This document shows, piece after piece, positions 1 through 9,792 of a DNA stretch of 64,000 bases. Both the position numbers and the translations under genes were made by a program. Within the stretch, counting starts at the first letter, position 1. Each line of letters opens with the position of its first letter. The notes beneath the pieces were generated by a model. It did no database searches. It had not been told where the DNA came from and was given only the letters and a program-made list of their open reading frames with translations. The DNA comes from Coprobacillus sp. CAG:605 (GTDB lineage Bacteria; Bacillota_I; Bacilli_A; RF39; UBA660): contig HF998230.1 in the NCBI GenBank assembly GCA_000433255.1, positions 9,589 through 73,588 on the forward strand, read 5' to 3'.

Positions 1-1
1 A

Positions 2-706
2 ATCGTTAAAGACTTTGCCCCTCAACCAGTAATCACGAAAGATAATGTTACCATGCAAATTGACACTGTCGTATATTTTCAAATTACTGACCCTAAACTA
101 TATACCTATGGCGTCGAAAACCCCGTAAATGCTATCGAAAATTTAACAGCAACCACACTACGTAATATCATAGGTGAACTAGAACTTGACCAAACCCTAA
201 CCAGTAGAGACATCATAAACTCAAAAATGCGTTCTATCTTAGACGAAGCTACTGACCCATGGGGTATCAAAGTAAATAGAGTAGAAGTTAAAAACATTAT
301 TCCCCCACGTGATATTCAAGAAGCCATGGAAAAACAAATGCGTGCCGAACGTGAACGAAGAGAAAAAATTCTTCAAGCCGAAGGAGAAAAGAAAGCTGCT
401 ATCCTAATAGCTGAAGGAGAAAAAGAAAGTGCTATTTTAAGAGCAGATGCTAAAAGGGAAACTCATATTAGAGAAGCTGAAGGGGAAGCTCAAGCTATCT
501 TAAAAGTAAGTGCTGCTAAAGCCGATGCCTTAAAGCTACTAAAAAATGCCCAAGTAGACGAAGCTGTTCTAAAACTAAAAAGTTACGATGCTATGATTGA
601 AGTAGCAAACGGTACGTCTACTAAGATTATAGTTCCAAGTGATCTTCAAAACCTAGTAACTACAGGAACCATCTTAAAAGAAACACTAAAAGAAGATAAA
701 AAATAA
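2..706 (+). CDS. SPFH/band-7 (stomatin/prohibitin-like) protein, 5' end outside window
   Basis: Frame is open from nt 2 (IVKDFAPQPVITKDNVTMQIDTVVYFQITDP), so the ATG at 53 is internal. SPFH core is followed by an E/A/K-rich coiled-coil tail (RAERERREKILQAEGEKKAAILIAEGEKE). Confidence 0.85.
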   Translation: MVKDFAPQPVITKDNVTMQIDTVVYFQITDPKLYTYGVENPVNAIENLTATTLRNIIGELELDQTLTSRDIINSKMRSILDEATDPWGIKVNRVEVKNIIPPRDIQEAMEKQMRAERERREKILQAEGEKKAAILIAEGEKESAILRADAKRETHIREAEGEAQAILKVSAAKADALKLLKNAQVDEAVLKLKSYDAMIEVANGTSTKIIVPSDLQNLVTTGTILKETLKEDKK

Positions 707-844
707 AATTGTATAGGGTTATCCTATACTTTTTCAATGTCCAAAAAACAAAATTATACATTATTTTCTAGATAAAACCAGCAACTAGTTTGACATATGT
801 AAAGCATTGTGCTATATTAAATATCCACAAAAGAGGGGATAAAT

Positions 845-2053
845 ATGTCATACGAACTAGAAAGAAAACGCTTACTAACAGACGAAGAGATAAATAAACT
901 TCTTACTATCATTAATTCGGATTTACAGGATTTTGAAAAAGCCCAACAACTACGTGTTATCTGTAAAGGCTCCGTTCTTTTAAACAATATCAATAAATAC
1001 GAAACCACTGACTTTAAAAAAGCCGTTATCTTAAAAAGAGTACTTTCTTACTATGAAAAATATGAAAACCTTGGTTATATGAAAATTCATTACACGCCTT
1101 ATAAATGCACTCCAGAAGAACTAAATGTTAGAAAAGAAAAACTAATCAAACTATCCCAAACTCTTAACTCCAACCTAAGTGAATACAACAAAGCCATGAT
1201 TGTTTTTGAACTTTATAAAGATAGTGAAGTCTTCCGACGTAGTTATTCCTTATTTATCAAACTTGGTGCCAGTGATCCTAGATTAGATAGTATCCGTGAG
1301 GAATTAAAAAACGTTGATTACTACTATAACAAGATAAAAGAATATGAACGTTTAGGTTATCTAATCGACTATCGTTATTACCAAAAAACTACTGACTATA
1401 GAGAAAACTATCCTTATGCTAAATACATAATTACTCAATACTTAAATACTAATTCTTATAATTTCCATGATTTTCTAGAAGACTATGGCCTTACTGAGCC
1501 CACCTTTAATATTTGCTTAGAAACCTTAAAAGAACTAGATGTTGATTTATTTAATCAATACCAAGAAAAACACCAAATTAACGAAAATATTCTTTTAATG
1601 CACAATATTGAAATCTTTAAAGATATATACTTTGGTATTACTACAGGCTATCTAAAAGACGGTACAGAATTTAACGCCTTCGAATTTTTCAAACGTCTTC
1701 CAATTTCTTCAAATGGTGCCTTATATTCTAACCTTACAAAATACTTCGTTCATAACAAAATAGAAGGCCTCAACCTAATTCTTAACTATGTCTGTCTAAA
1801 TAACTTCCAAGTTGCTGAAGTCACCAAAACTTTAGATTTAGAACAAATATTAAATAAACATAATAATAATCCTAGCTTAGATATAACTGTTATTCGTACT
1901 ATTTTATCTTATTTAGAACTAAATAAAGTACCTATAAATAGAATAACTTATAACTATGTTAAGAACATGTACTTAAATAATGAATTTAACGACCAAGATA
2001 TCCAAAAACAACAAAATAAAATAAAATTGCAAAAGAAAACCCTCATTCCTTAA
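845..2053 (+). CDS. hypothetical cytosolic protein (402 aa), no domain recognised
   Basis: Long uninterrupted ORF with AGAGGGGA RBS-like purine run just upstream. Codon style matches neighbours. Confidence 0.55.
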   Translation: MSYELERKRLLTDEEINKLLTIINSDLQDFEKAQQLRVICKGSVLLNNINKYETTDFKKAVILKRVLSYYEKYENLGYMKIHYTPYKCTPEELNVRKEKLIKLSQTLNSNLSEYNKAMIVFELYKDSEVFRRSYSLFIKLGASDPRLDSIREELKNVDYYYNKIKEYERLGYLIDYRYYQKTTDYRENYPYAKYIITQYLNTNSYNFHDFLEDYGLTEPTFNICLETLKELDVDLFNQYQEKHQINENILLMHNIEIFKDIYFGITTGYLKDGTEFNAFEFFKRLPISSNGALYSNLTKYFVHNKIEGLNLILNYVCLNNFQVAEVTKTLDLEQILNKHNNNPSLDITVIRTILSYLELNKVPINRITYNYVKNMYLNNEFNDQDIQKQQNKIKLQKKTLIP

Positions 2054-2105
2054 GTCTGCCCACTCCAAAATGCATATTTGACATATCATACTTTGGGTGA
2101 AAATA

Positions 2106-2897
2106 ATGAGTGTTTTTTTTAATTTAAGTGCACCGTGGCAAGCCTTAATTGCCACACTATTTACATTTTTGATAACCAGTGCCGGAGCATCTATTGTCTT
2201 CTTCTTTAAAAAAGTAAATAAAACTTTAATGGACGCCATGTTAGGCTTTGCCGCCGGCGTAATGATGTCAGCATCCTATTTTTCTTTATTAGCTCCCGCT
2301 ATAAGTGGGGCCGAAAGCCTTAACTTAAACCCTTGGCTTATTGCTACAACCGGCTTTCTCTTAGGTGGTTTACTACTATATCTAAGTGATAAAATATTTG
2401 ATAAAATCTTAGCAAAAAGTAGGAACTCTAGTAAAAAGAAAAGAATATTCTTACTAATTAGTTCCATTACTATCCATAATATTCCTGAAGGACTAGCAAT
2501 CGGTGTTGCCTTTGGTTCAGCCTTATATCATATCGAAGGCGCAACAATCCTTGCAGCCTTAGGCCTTGCTCTAGGTATCGGATTACAAAACTTTCCTGAA
2601 GGGTCTGCTGTATCACTTCCTTTAAGAAGAGAAGGCATGAGCCGTAAAAAATCCTTTATCATAGGAGCCCTAAGCGGTATAGTTGAACCAATAGCCGGAG
2701 TAGTTGGAGCCATACTTGCCTTAAAGGTTAGAACTATCTTACCATTCTTACTATCCTTTGCAGCAGGTGCCATGATATACGTAGTCGTAGAAGAACTTAT
2801 CCCAGAATCTCAAACTAACGAAAAAAAAGATCTTATGGCCATATTCAGCATTATCGGTTTCTGCGTCATGATGATATTAGATGTTGCACTAGGGTAG
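2106..2897 (+). CDS. ZIP-family divalent metal (zinc) transporter
   Basis: Polytopic membrane protein with paired ZIP signatures HNIPEGLAIG and QNFPEGSAVS. ATG at 2106 follows GGGTGA; the GTG at 2097 is an alternative start. Confidence 0.8.
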   Translation: MSVFFNLSAPWQALIATLFTFLITSAGASIVFFFKKVNKTLMDAMLGFAAGVMMSASYFSLLAPAISGAESLNLNPWLIATTGFLLGGLLLYLSDKIFDKILAKSRNSSKKKRIFLLISSITIHNIPEGLAIGVAFGSALYHIEGATILAALGLALGIGLQNFPEGSAVSLPLRREGMSRKKSFIIGALSGIVEPIAGVVGAILALKVRTILPFLLSFAAGAMIYVVVEELIPESQTNEKKDLMAIFSIIGFCVMMILDVALG

Positions 2898-2933
2898 TGT
2901 TTGTGATACCATTAATGTGTTTTGGTGGTAATT

Positions 2934-3485
2934 ATGATAACAAGCAAAAAAGAATACTTAGAATATATTTCCTATGAAAAAGAACGATACTACGCCTGCT
3001 ATAAAGTAAATAACGAACATAAACGTATCTTAAAATTCTTAAAACTCTATCGTAAAAACGAATATTATCATAATTGCCATAAAAATAAACTTTTAACCTT
3101 TATCCTCGATAAAAAATTAGAATATTACATGGTAAAATATGGCTTTCATTTGTCTATCAACACTATCGACAAAGGTCTAGTCATAATCCATATTGGCCCT
3201 ATCTATATTAATAAAAACGTCAAAATAGGGAAAAATTTCAAAATCCATCCCATGACTACAATCAGTTCTAAACTAGGTAGTGATAAATATCCCACCATCA
3301 AAGATGGGGTTTGGGTTGGCCCGGGTGCTAAAATATATGGCGATATAACCATTGGTTCAAACGTCGTAATTGGAGCTAACAGTGTTGTTAATAAATCAAT
3401 AAAAGATAACGTCACCGTAGCTGGTGCTCCTGCAAAAGTAATAAATACCAAAGGCTATCACCAATACTTCATAAAAAAAGATTAG
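2934..3485 (+). CDS. hexapeptide-repeat (left-handed beta-helix) O-acetyltransferase
   Basis: C-terminal hexapeptide repeats GPGAKIYGDITIGSNVVIGANSVVNKSIKDNVTVAGAPAKVI. ATG at 2934 follows GGTGG. Confidence 0.7.
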   Translation: MITSKKEYLEYISYEKERYYACYKVNNEHKRILKFLKLYRKNEYYHNCHKNKLLTFILDKKLEYYMVKYGFHLSINTIDKGLVIIHIGPIYINKNVKIGKNFKIHPMTTISSKLGSDKYPTIKDGVWVGPGAKIYGDITIGSNVVIGANSVVNKSIKDNVTVAGAPAKVINTKGYHQYFIKKD

Positions 3486-3533
3486 GAAAATAGCATATTT
3501 TGTAGTATAATTAGGAAGAAAGGTTGTGTAAAA

Positions 3534-4088
3534 ATGAAACTAAAGAAAATACTAATGGGCCTACTACTAGCCGTAATCGTTTTTCTTCCTGCATTTGCTA
3601 ACGTTAAAGCTGAAGGAAACAAAGTAACTGTTCATGTATTCAAAGGTAAAACTTGCCATTATTGTCAAGGATTTCTAACTTGGGTTAACAGCTTAAGTGA
3701 TAGTGAAAAAGAAAAATTTGAACTTCATGAGTACGAAGTTTGGTACAATGAAACCAACAGTGCCTCTATGAGTAAAGTTGCAACTATCTTAGGTGACGAT
3801 CCAACAGCTTCTAACTTCGGGGTACCATATATCATTATTGGTAAAAAAACTTGGAATGGTTTTAGTGAAGAAGCAACAGCGCCTGAAATATTAAGTGCTA
3901 TTGACGAAGCCTACAACTCTAACGAAGAGCTTTATGATGTTATTAAAGAAAACAATATTGAAGTAGTAGAGGAAGTAAAAACTGAAAGTACTGAAAAAAC
4001 AAATACAGCTACAATCGTTTTAATGGTTGTTCTAGTAGTTATCGGTGGTGCTGGTTTATTATATTTAGTAAGTAAGTCTAGTAAATAG
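3534..4088 (+). CDS. secreted, C-terminally membrane-anchored thioredoxin/glutaredoxin-fold protein
   Basis: Signal peptide (..AFANVKA), CxxC motif in VHVFKGKTCHYCQGF, and a C-terminal TM (IVLMVVLVVIGGAGLLYLV). Confidence 0.6.
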   Translation: MKLKKILMGLLLAVIVFLPAFANVKAEGNKVTVHVFKGKTCHYCQGFLTWVNSLSDSEKEKFELHEYEVWYNETNSASMSKVATILGDDPTASNFGVPYIIIGKKTWNGFSEEATAPEILSAIDEAYNSNEELYDVIKENNIEVVEEVKTESTEKTNTATIVLMVVLVVIGGAGLLYLVSKSSK

Positions 4089-4192
4089 GCTTCTTTTTAT
4101 TTCTTCTGCTTTACAAACTTTACATTACAAAATAGTATAATGAATGTCAATCTAAGTAAATATGATGTATACTAAAATTGTGGTGAAATTAT

Positions 4193-4969
4193 ATGAAAAA
4201 AATTAAAGCAATATTTATCGATATCGATGGAACTTTAACTAATGACCAAGGTATCATTCCAGAAAATGTTAAAGATGTAATAGGAAAACTAACTGCCCAA
4301 GGTATAAAAGTTATTGTTACATCGGGTAGAAACTATAATTATACAAAGAAAATAAGCCAAAGTATTAACGCTAGCAGTATTATCATTGCTGCCAATGGTG
4401 CCATAGCGGCTAACTACGAAACCAAAGAAATAATTGAACAAGTAATCATGCCTCGGGTATCAGTTCAAAAAGTCTTACACTACTGTACAACCCATGATGT
4501 TGGCTTTACCATGCATACTAAAACTAGACAAGTAAAAATCAACAATCCTAAAGACATTATTGAAGACGTCCTAAGTCTAACCTTAACTTCAACTAACTAT
4601 GAACGTATGAAAATAATGAAAAATATGTTTCATGACATCATTCCCGAAGTAAGAATTGCCAATACTTCTAAAGCCTTAATCGAAAATCGTCGTATGCCAG
4701 GTAGTGAATACTTCCATGATATCGTCATGGGTAATGTCTCTAAAGGTACTGGCATCGTCGAGGTTCTAGACTATCTAAACATATCCAAAGACGAAGCCAT
4801 GTCCATAGGCGACTCTGATAACGATATTGCTATGAGTCTTGTTGTTGGTACCAGTATTGCCATGGGTAACGCTACCGAAAACCTAAAAAAACGCAGCACC
4901 AAAGTAATTAAATCTAATACTGAAGGCGGCCTATACTTATTTCTAAAAACTTTAGTTGACAATAACTAA
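4193..4969 (+). CDS. Cof-type HAD-IIB family hydrolase/phosphatase
   Basis: HAD motif I FIDIDGTL, motif II VTSGR, motif IV GDSDNDIAM. Confidence 0.85.
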   Translation: MKKIKAIFIDIDGTLTNDQGIIPENVKDVIGKLTAQGIKVIVTSGRNYNYTKKISQSINASSIIIAANGAIAANYETKEIIEQVIMPRVSVQKVLHYCTTHDVGFTMHTKTRQVKINNPKDIIEDVLSLTLTSTNYERMKIMKNMFHDIIPEVRIANTSKALIENRRMPGSEYFHDIVMGNVSKGTGIVEVLDYLNISKDEAMSIGDSDNDIAMSLVVGTSIAMGNATENLKKRSTKVIKSNTEGGLYLFLKTLVDNN

Positions 4970-5002
4970 AAATTCGCTTATTCTAAATTGGAGGTGTTTA
5001 TT

Positions 5003-5518
5003 ATGAAATATAAACAAAAAGTTGACGTTGTAATTGAATCATTATTAATCTTACTAGGAGTAGTTCTTCTCTTATTACCAATACTAGGTTTTTACAATAT
5101 AAAACATATCTTCTTTATCGTCATGATAATCTATGGTTTCTTAAACCTGGCCCAATTTCTTTTAACACTAAAATCTAAAGACTACGAAGGCCTATATACT
5201 TTCATTGTCTGCCTTGCCTTTGCTATAGTAGGTATTTCTTTTGATTTTAGTAATCCTATCCAACTATCTTTATCTTTAGTTGCCTGGACTTTCCTAATGT
5301 GTATAATCAAACTTGTTAAAGCCAGTTACTATAACGACCTTAGAGATAGAATGTACAAATTACGTTTATTTACCTTATTTATCTTTATGGTTTTAGGTGT
5401 TTTATGTAGTATTAATATCTATCAATCACCAGATGTTCAAGTATTAATATTAGGATTTTTCTTCTTTAGTCATGGTATCCTAGAAACCATTGACCCAATT
5501 GTCAAATATTTAATATAG
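5003..5518 (+). CDS. small polytopic membrane protein, function unknown
   Basis: Five to six hydrophobic segments. GGAGGTG RBS precedes the ATG at 5003; the listed TTG at 4988 lies in the RBS. Confidence 0.55.
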   Translation: MKYKQKVDVVIESLLILLGVVLLLLPILGFYNIKHIFFIVMIIYGFLNLAQFLLTLKSKDYEGLYTFIVCLAFAIVGISFDFSNPIQLSLSLVAWTFLMCIIKLVKASYYNDLRDRMYKLRLFTLFIFMVLGVLCSINIYQSPDVQVLILGFFFFSHGILETIDPIVKYLI

Positions 5519-5530
5519 GGGAGAGTAGTT

Positions 5531-6400
5531 ATGAAATTAGTTAATGATTTTAAAGAATATCAAATTTTAGATATGAATAATGGTTATAAAACGGAAGAAT
5601 GGAATGGTTATACTCTAACTCGTCCCGACCCTCAAATTATCTGGCCTGGTAATAGCCAAAATATCAAAGTAGACGCTAAATACTACCGCAGTAACTCTGG
5701 TGGTGGCTCATGGCAAATTCTAAACAACAAATTACCTAACTCCTGGCCAATTCACTACCATGATTTAACTTTTAACCTAAAATTAATGGGCTTTAAACAC
5801 ACCGGCCTTTTCCCTGAACAAGCCTATAATTGGAATTTAATTATGGAAAAAGTGAAAAATGCTAATCGAGAGGTTAAAGTTTTAAACCTTTTTGCCTATA
5901 CTGGTGCGGCTTCTGTCGCTGCCCTAAAAGCTGGGGCCTCTGTCGTTCATGTTGATTCTTCTAGAGGTATGGTTGACTGGGCTAAAGAAAACGTTGCGTC
6001 TTCTAATTTAAGCGACAAACCTATAAGATTTATAGTCGACGACTGTCTAAAATTCGTTAAAAGAGAAATTAGACGTGGTAACAAATACGATATAATCTTA
6101 ATGGACCCACCTTCATTCGGTAGGGGTAGTAGTAAAGAAGTTTGGAGTATCGAAAAAGACTTATATAACTTAGTTGATTTATGTAGCCAAATTTTAAGCG
6201 ACGATGCAATAATGTTCTTAATAAATTCATATACTACCGGACTATCTAAAAGTGTTTTAGAAAATATTTTAAAAATTTGTGTTAATTCGAAACATCAAGG
6301 TTTCATTTCTTCCGATGAACTAGGCCTTCCTATGAAAAACAGTGACTTAGTTTTGCCATGTGGTATCTATGCTAGATGGGAAAAAGAAAAGACCTTATAA
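5531..6400 (+). CDS. class I SAM-dependent methyltransferase (RlmI/RlmK-like catalytic domain)
   Basis: SAM-binding VLNLFAYTGAASVAAL and catalytic-type DPPSFGRG motifs. Confidence 0.8.
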   Translation: MKLVNDFKEYQILDMNNGYKTEEWNGYTLTRPDPQIIWPGNSQNIKVDAKYYRSNSGGGSWQILNNKLPNSWPIHYHDLTFNLKLMGFKHTGLFPEQAYNWNLIMEKVKNANREVKVLNLFAYTGAASVAALKAGASVVHVDSSRGMVDWAKENVASSNLSDKPIRFIVDDCLKFVKREIRRGNKYDIILMDPPSFGRGSSKEVWSIEKDLYNLVDLCSQILSDDAIMFLINSYTTGLSKSVLENILKICVNSKHQGFISSDELGLPMKNSDLVLPCGIYARWEKEKTL

Positions 6401-6655
6401 GGTCTCAAGAATTAATCTAATAGCGGTTTTTTCTTCACCAGCGATTAAAACATCGTTGAAAGCAGGAACAACCGCTAAATTTTTGCCCGAAGGAGCTAAA
6501 AAGCCACGTGCAATAGCCACCGCTTTAATCGCTTGATTTAAAGAGCCAGCTCCAATTGTTTGCAACTCTACATTACCATTTTCACGGAAAATATTTGCAA
6601 TAGCGCCTGCTACTTTACTAGGATTAGATTTTGACGATACTTTTAAAATTTCCAT
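6395..6655 (-). CDS. spoVS: stage V sporulation protein S
   Basis: 86-aa MEILKVSSKSNPSKVAGAIANIFRENGNVELQTIGAGSLNQAIKAVAIARGFLAPSG is near-canonical SpoVS. AGGAGG RBS precedes this ATG; the listed start at 6673 is inside the RBS. Confidence 0.9.
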   Translation of the reverse strand: MEILKVSSKSNPSKVAGAIANIFRENGNVELQTIGAGSLNQAIKAVAIARGFLAPSGKNLAVVPAFNDVLIAGEEKTAIRLILETL

Positions 6656-6704
6656 ATTTTTTCCTCCTAACAAATTATATTGAAAGGACTAAAATAATAT
6701 GCAA

Positions 6705-7379
6705 CTATCTTATTATAAGAAGCATAATACAAAGTACTATTCCTAAAAGTAAAGTACTAAGAATAACCATAAAAGCATTACTAAAACCAGCTAAATTATT
6801 CATTCTTAAAGTTCTTTTTAACGCCTTATCTTCTTTTCTTATTTTTTCATTCATTTCACTCTGTACTTTGTGCACCATATCATTAAATATATCTAACTCA
6901 CTACTTTGATTCTGACTTAAAACATCAGTCTCTTTTTTAATCTCCAGATTATACATTGCTTTTTCAAAATTATCTAAAGTCTTACGTGTTTCATTATCTA
7001 GATAATCTCTATACTTAAGTAAATCATATATATAACTATTAAAATTGTCAATAAATGCCTTATCTTCTGGGTTATACACTTGATTAGAATTGATAAGACT
7101 CCAAGCCCTATGCAAAGTATCTAACGACATCATTCTTTTTCTTTGATAAATACTTACAATATTAAAAATATCCATCTCGTTCATTTCTTCGATATTATGC
7201 ACAATATCTGATTCATTATTAAAAATTGAGCGCAAATCAAACCCCGTTAAATCAATACTTTTACCATTCAAACTCAAAACATTGTTACTAATACTTATCT
7301 TTCTTAAATTACCATTCATTTCGCCTAAACTTTTCAAAAAACTTTCATTAATATAACTATAATCAACTTTCTCGTTCAT
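6705..7379 (-). CDS. hypothetical tail-anchored membrane protein
   Basis: 224-aa ORF with a single C-terminal TM (FMVILSTLLLGIVLCIMLLII). Confidence 0.5.
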   Translation of the reverse strand: MNEKVDYSYINESFLKSLGEMNGNLRKISISNNVLSLNGKSIDLTGFDLRSIFNNESDIVHNIEEMNEMDIFNIVSIYQRKRMMSLDTLHRAWSLINSNQVYNPEDKAFIDNFNSYIYDLLKYRDYLDNETRKTLDNFEKAMYNLEIKKETDVLSQNQSSELDIFNDMVHKVQSEMNEKIRKEDKALKRTLRMNNLAGFSNAFMVILSTLLLGIVLCIMLLIIR

Positions 7380-7452
7380 ATATAATCCTTCTATTCTAAA
7401 TTAATTTTAACAAAATATTTTAAAAATGACAAGTTTATAGTATAATATCAAC

Positions 7453-8754
7453 GTGATGTTTATGGAAAAATTAAATGAAGAATTTGTTATAAATTTATCT
7501 CACAAAAAGGGCGAACCAGAATGGATGACCGATTTTAGAGTAAATAGTTATAAGACTTTTCTTAACTCTAGTGAGCCATCATTTGGCCCTAAGTTAGATA
7601 TTGACTTTGATTCTTTATGTTATTATAAAGATAAAACAAAGAAATTAACTAATAAGTGGGAGAATGTTTCTTGTAATATTAGAAATACTTTTGATAATTT
7701 AGGGGTTATTGAAGCGGAAAATAAATACTTAGGTGGTGTTACTAATCAAATTGAAAGTGAAGTATTCTATCATAACCAAGTAGTTGAAGATAATATCATA
7801 TTCACTTCTAGTGATGATGCCCTAAAGAAATATCCTGATTTATTTAAAAAATACTTTAATAACTTAGTTAAGTATGACGAAAATAAGTATACCGCTTTAA
7901 ATGGTGCCTTATGGAGTGGGGGTTCTTTTATCTATATTCCTCCTCATACTAAGGTCGATAGACCACTTCAAAGTTATTTCCGTATTGAAAGTGCCTCTTT
8001 AGGTCAGTTTGAACGTACAATTATTATCGTTGATGATTATGCTGAACTATCTTACATTGAAGGATGTACCGCCACAGCTTACTCCACAACCTCCCTACAT
8101 GCTGGTGTTGTTGAAATATACGTTGGTAAACATGCTAAATGTCGCTATTCTACTATTCAAAACTGGTCTAACGATGTATATAACTTAGTAACTAAACGTG
8201 CCATTGTTGATGAAGACGGACTTATGGAGTGGGTTGATGGTAACATTGGTAGTGGCGTAACTATGAAATATCCTTCTTGTATTTTAAAAGGTGATAACTC
8301 AAAAGGAAACTCCATTTCTATTGCGTATGCCAAGGCCGGCCAAGTCTTAGATGCCGGTGCTAAAATGATTCACTTAGGAAAAAATACTAAGTCGACCATT
8401 ATTAGTAAATCTATCGCCGCTAATGGGGGAGTTGCTAACTATCGTGGAACTACCAGAATTACTAAAAATGCCACTAACTCTGTTGCGGAAGTAAAATGTG
8501 ACACCATTCTTTTAGACGATAAATCAAGAAGTGATACTTTTCCTAAAAATATTGTGGCTAATCAAAGTTCACGTCTGGCCCATGAAGCTACAATACAAAA
8601 AATCGACGAAGATAAATTATTTTACTTAGTAAGCAAAGGCCTAACCGAAGATATGGCCAAAGAACTCCTAATTATGGGCTTTATCAATGACTTTAAAAAA
8701 GAGTTACCAATGGAATATGCCGTCGAGTTAAACCGTTTAATAAAAGAAAATTAA
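7453..8754 (+). CDS. sufB: Fe-S cluster assembly scaffold protein SufB
   Basis: SufB core EGCTATAYSTTSLHAGVVEIY..STIQNWSNDVYNLVTKRA..MEWVDGNIGS..MKYPSCILKG..GAKMIHLGKNT..LPMEYAVELNRLI. Start could be 7453, 7456 or 7462. Confidence 0.9.
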   Translation: MMFMEKLNEEFVINLSHKKGEPEWMTDFRVNSYKTFLNSSEPSFGPKLDIDFDSLCYYKDKTKKLTNKWENVSCNIRNTFDNLGVIEAENKYLGGVTNQIESEVFYHNQVVEDNIIFTSSDDALKKYPDLFKKYFNNLVKYDENKYTALNGALWSGGSFIYIPPHTKVDRPLQSYFRIESASLGQFERTIIIVDDYAELSYIEGCTATAYSTTSLHAGVVEIYVGKHAKCRYSTIQNWSNDVYNLVTKRAIVDEDGLMEWVDGNIGSGVTMKYPSCILKGDNSKGNSISIAYAKAGQVLDAGAKMIHLGKNTKSTIISKSIAANGGVANYRGTTRITKNATNSVAEVKCDTILLDDKSRSDTFPKNIVANQSSRLAHEATIQKIDEDKLFYLVSKGLTEDMAKELLIMGFINDFKKELPMEYAVELNRLIKEN

Positions 8755-8810
8755 AATTTTAAAAATTTGTGCAAAATTGAAAAACTGCAAAAAAAACAGT
8801 ACAGTTTTTG

Positions 8811-8859
8811 AAATTCTGCACAAAAAACGCGTTTGAAACGCAAAAATGCTGCAGAATTT
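8811..8859. promoter_or_regulatory. perfect 10-bp inverted repeat AAATTCTGCA-N29-TGCAGAATTT upstream of ssb
   Basis: Read directly. The spacer contains the palindrome AAACGCGTTT and overlaps a second 10-bp IR, AAACGCAAAA (8836-8845) / TTTTGCGTTT (8865-8874). Confidence 0.5.
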
Positions 8860-8926
8860 ATAACTTTTGCGTTTTTGCATTAAATATTTATATATGTTAT
8901 ATTCTCCCTCGAAGGGAGGTTTTGTA

Positions 8927-9295
8927 ATGAACCAAGTAGTTCTAGTCGGTCGTATTGCAAAAGATATTGATATCCAAATAATGCCTAACAACAAGAAAAA
9001 AACATCACTTATCTTAGCAGTATCTCGTGCTTATAAGAACAGCGAAGGCTACTACGACACTGATTTCATTAGAATTACCTTATGGAATGGAATTGCATCT
9101 AATACCAAAGAATTCTGCCATACAGGTGATTTAATTGGAATCAAAGGTCGTATCCAATCTAATTCTTATGAAGATGCCGACGGTAATAAAAAGTATAGTA
9201 CTGACATTATTGCTGATAAAGTTACATTTCTATCTAGTAGAAATATACTTGAAGAAGAAAATAATGACGATGATACTTTAGATGAAGAGAACTAA
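8927..9295 (+). CDS. ssb: single-stranded DNA-binding protein (short, 122 aa)
   Basis: OB-fold start MNQVVLVGRIAKDI, ..ITLWNG..GDLIGIKGRIQSNSYED, and an acidic tail. GAAGGGAGG RBS precedes the ATG at 8927. Confidence 0.85.
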   Translation: MNQVVLVGRIAKDIDIQIMPNNKKKTSLILAVSRAYKNSEGYYDTDFIRITLWNGIASNTKEFCHTGDLIGIKGRIQSNSYEDADGNKKYSTDIIADKVTFLSSRNILEEENNDDDTLDEEN

Positions 9296-9435
9296 AAAGT
9301 TCTCTTTTTAAAGAATTTTGATTACATAAATGATATATAAAAATATAAATATATGATATCAGTTTACAATGGGCAAAGACAGAACTAAAAGTAAACTTTA
9401 AACTATATAATATGCGATAAGGAAGTGAAATTTAT

Positions 9436-9792
9436 ATGATTAAAGGAGACAGATTAAAAGCACTAAGAAAATCAGTAGGTTATACACAAACTGAACTAGG
9501 GGAATTACTTGGGGTAAAAAAATCAGTAGTATGTTTATATGAAAAAGAATTAAGAAATCCATCTATTGAAAATATTGCTGAATTAGTTCAAATCTTTGGC
9601 GTTGACGCTGACTATCTTATTGGTACAGACTGTTTAGTAAAGACCAAGAAAAAAGGGGAAGAAAAGATATATGCTATGACTAAAGAAGAAGTAACATTTA
9701 TCAATGAATTAAAAAAGAACAAAATGTTATATGACATTTTATTACAAGACCCTAAAAGAGGTATTGATTTATTAAAAACTAAAATTGGTTAG
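9436..9792 (+). CDS. XRE-family helix-turn-helix transcriptional regulator
   Basis: LKALRKSVGYTQTELGELLGVKKSVVCLYEKELRNPSIENIAELVQIFGVDADYLIG. Confidence 0.8.
   Translation: MIKGDRLKALRKSVGYTQTELGELLGVKKSVVCLYEKELRNPSIENIAELVQIFGVDADYLIGTDCLVKTKKKGEEKIYAMTKEEVTFINELKKNKMLYDILLQDPKRGIDLLKTKIG

Noticed and set aside
106-297. Numerous 60-110-aa antisense or off-frame ORFs nested in larger genes. Examples: 106-297, 817-1008, 1973-2239, 2276-2467, 2528-2773, 3203-3451, 6631-6909, 8737-8994, 15284-15604, 20874-21113, 23096-23287, 24478-24798, 34986-35246, 45144-45338, 54921-55205, 58065-58307, 59171-60260.
   Set aside because: Each lies fully or largely inside a longer ORF with a recognisable product or better coding signal. 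All are hydrophobic or low-complexity translations typical of the reverse strand of AT-rich genes.
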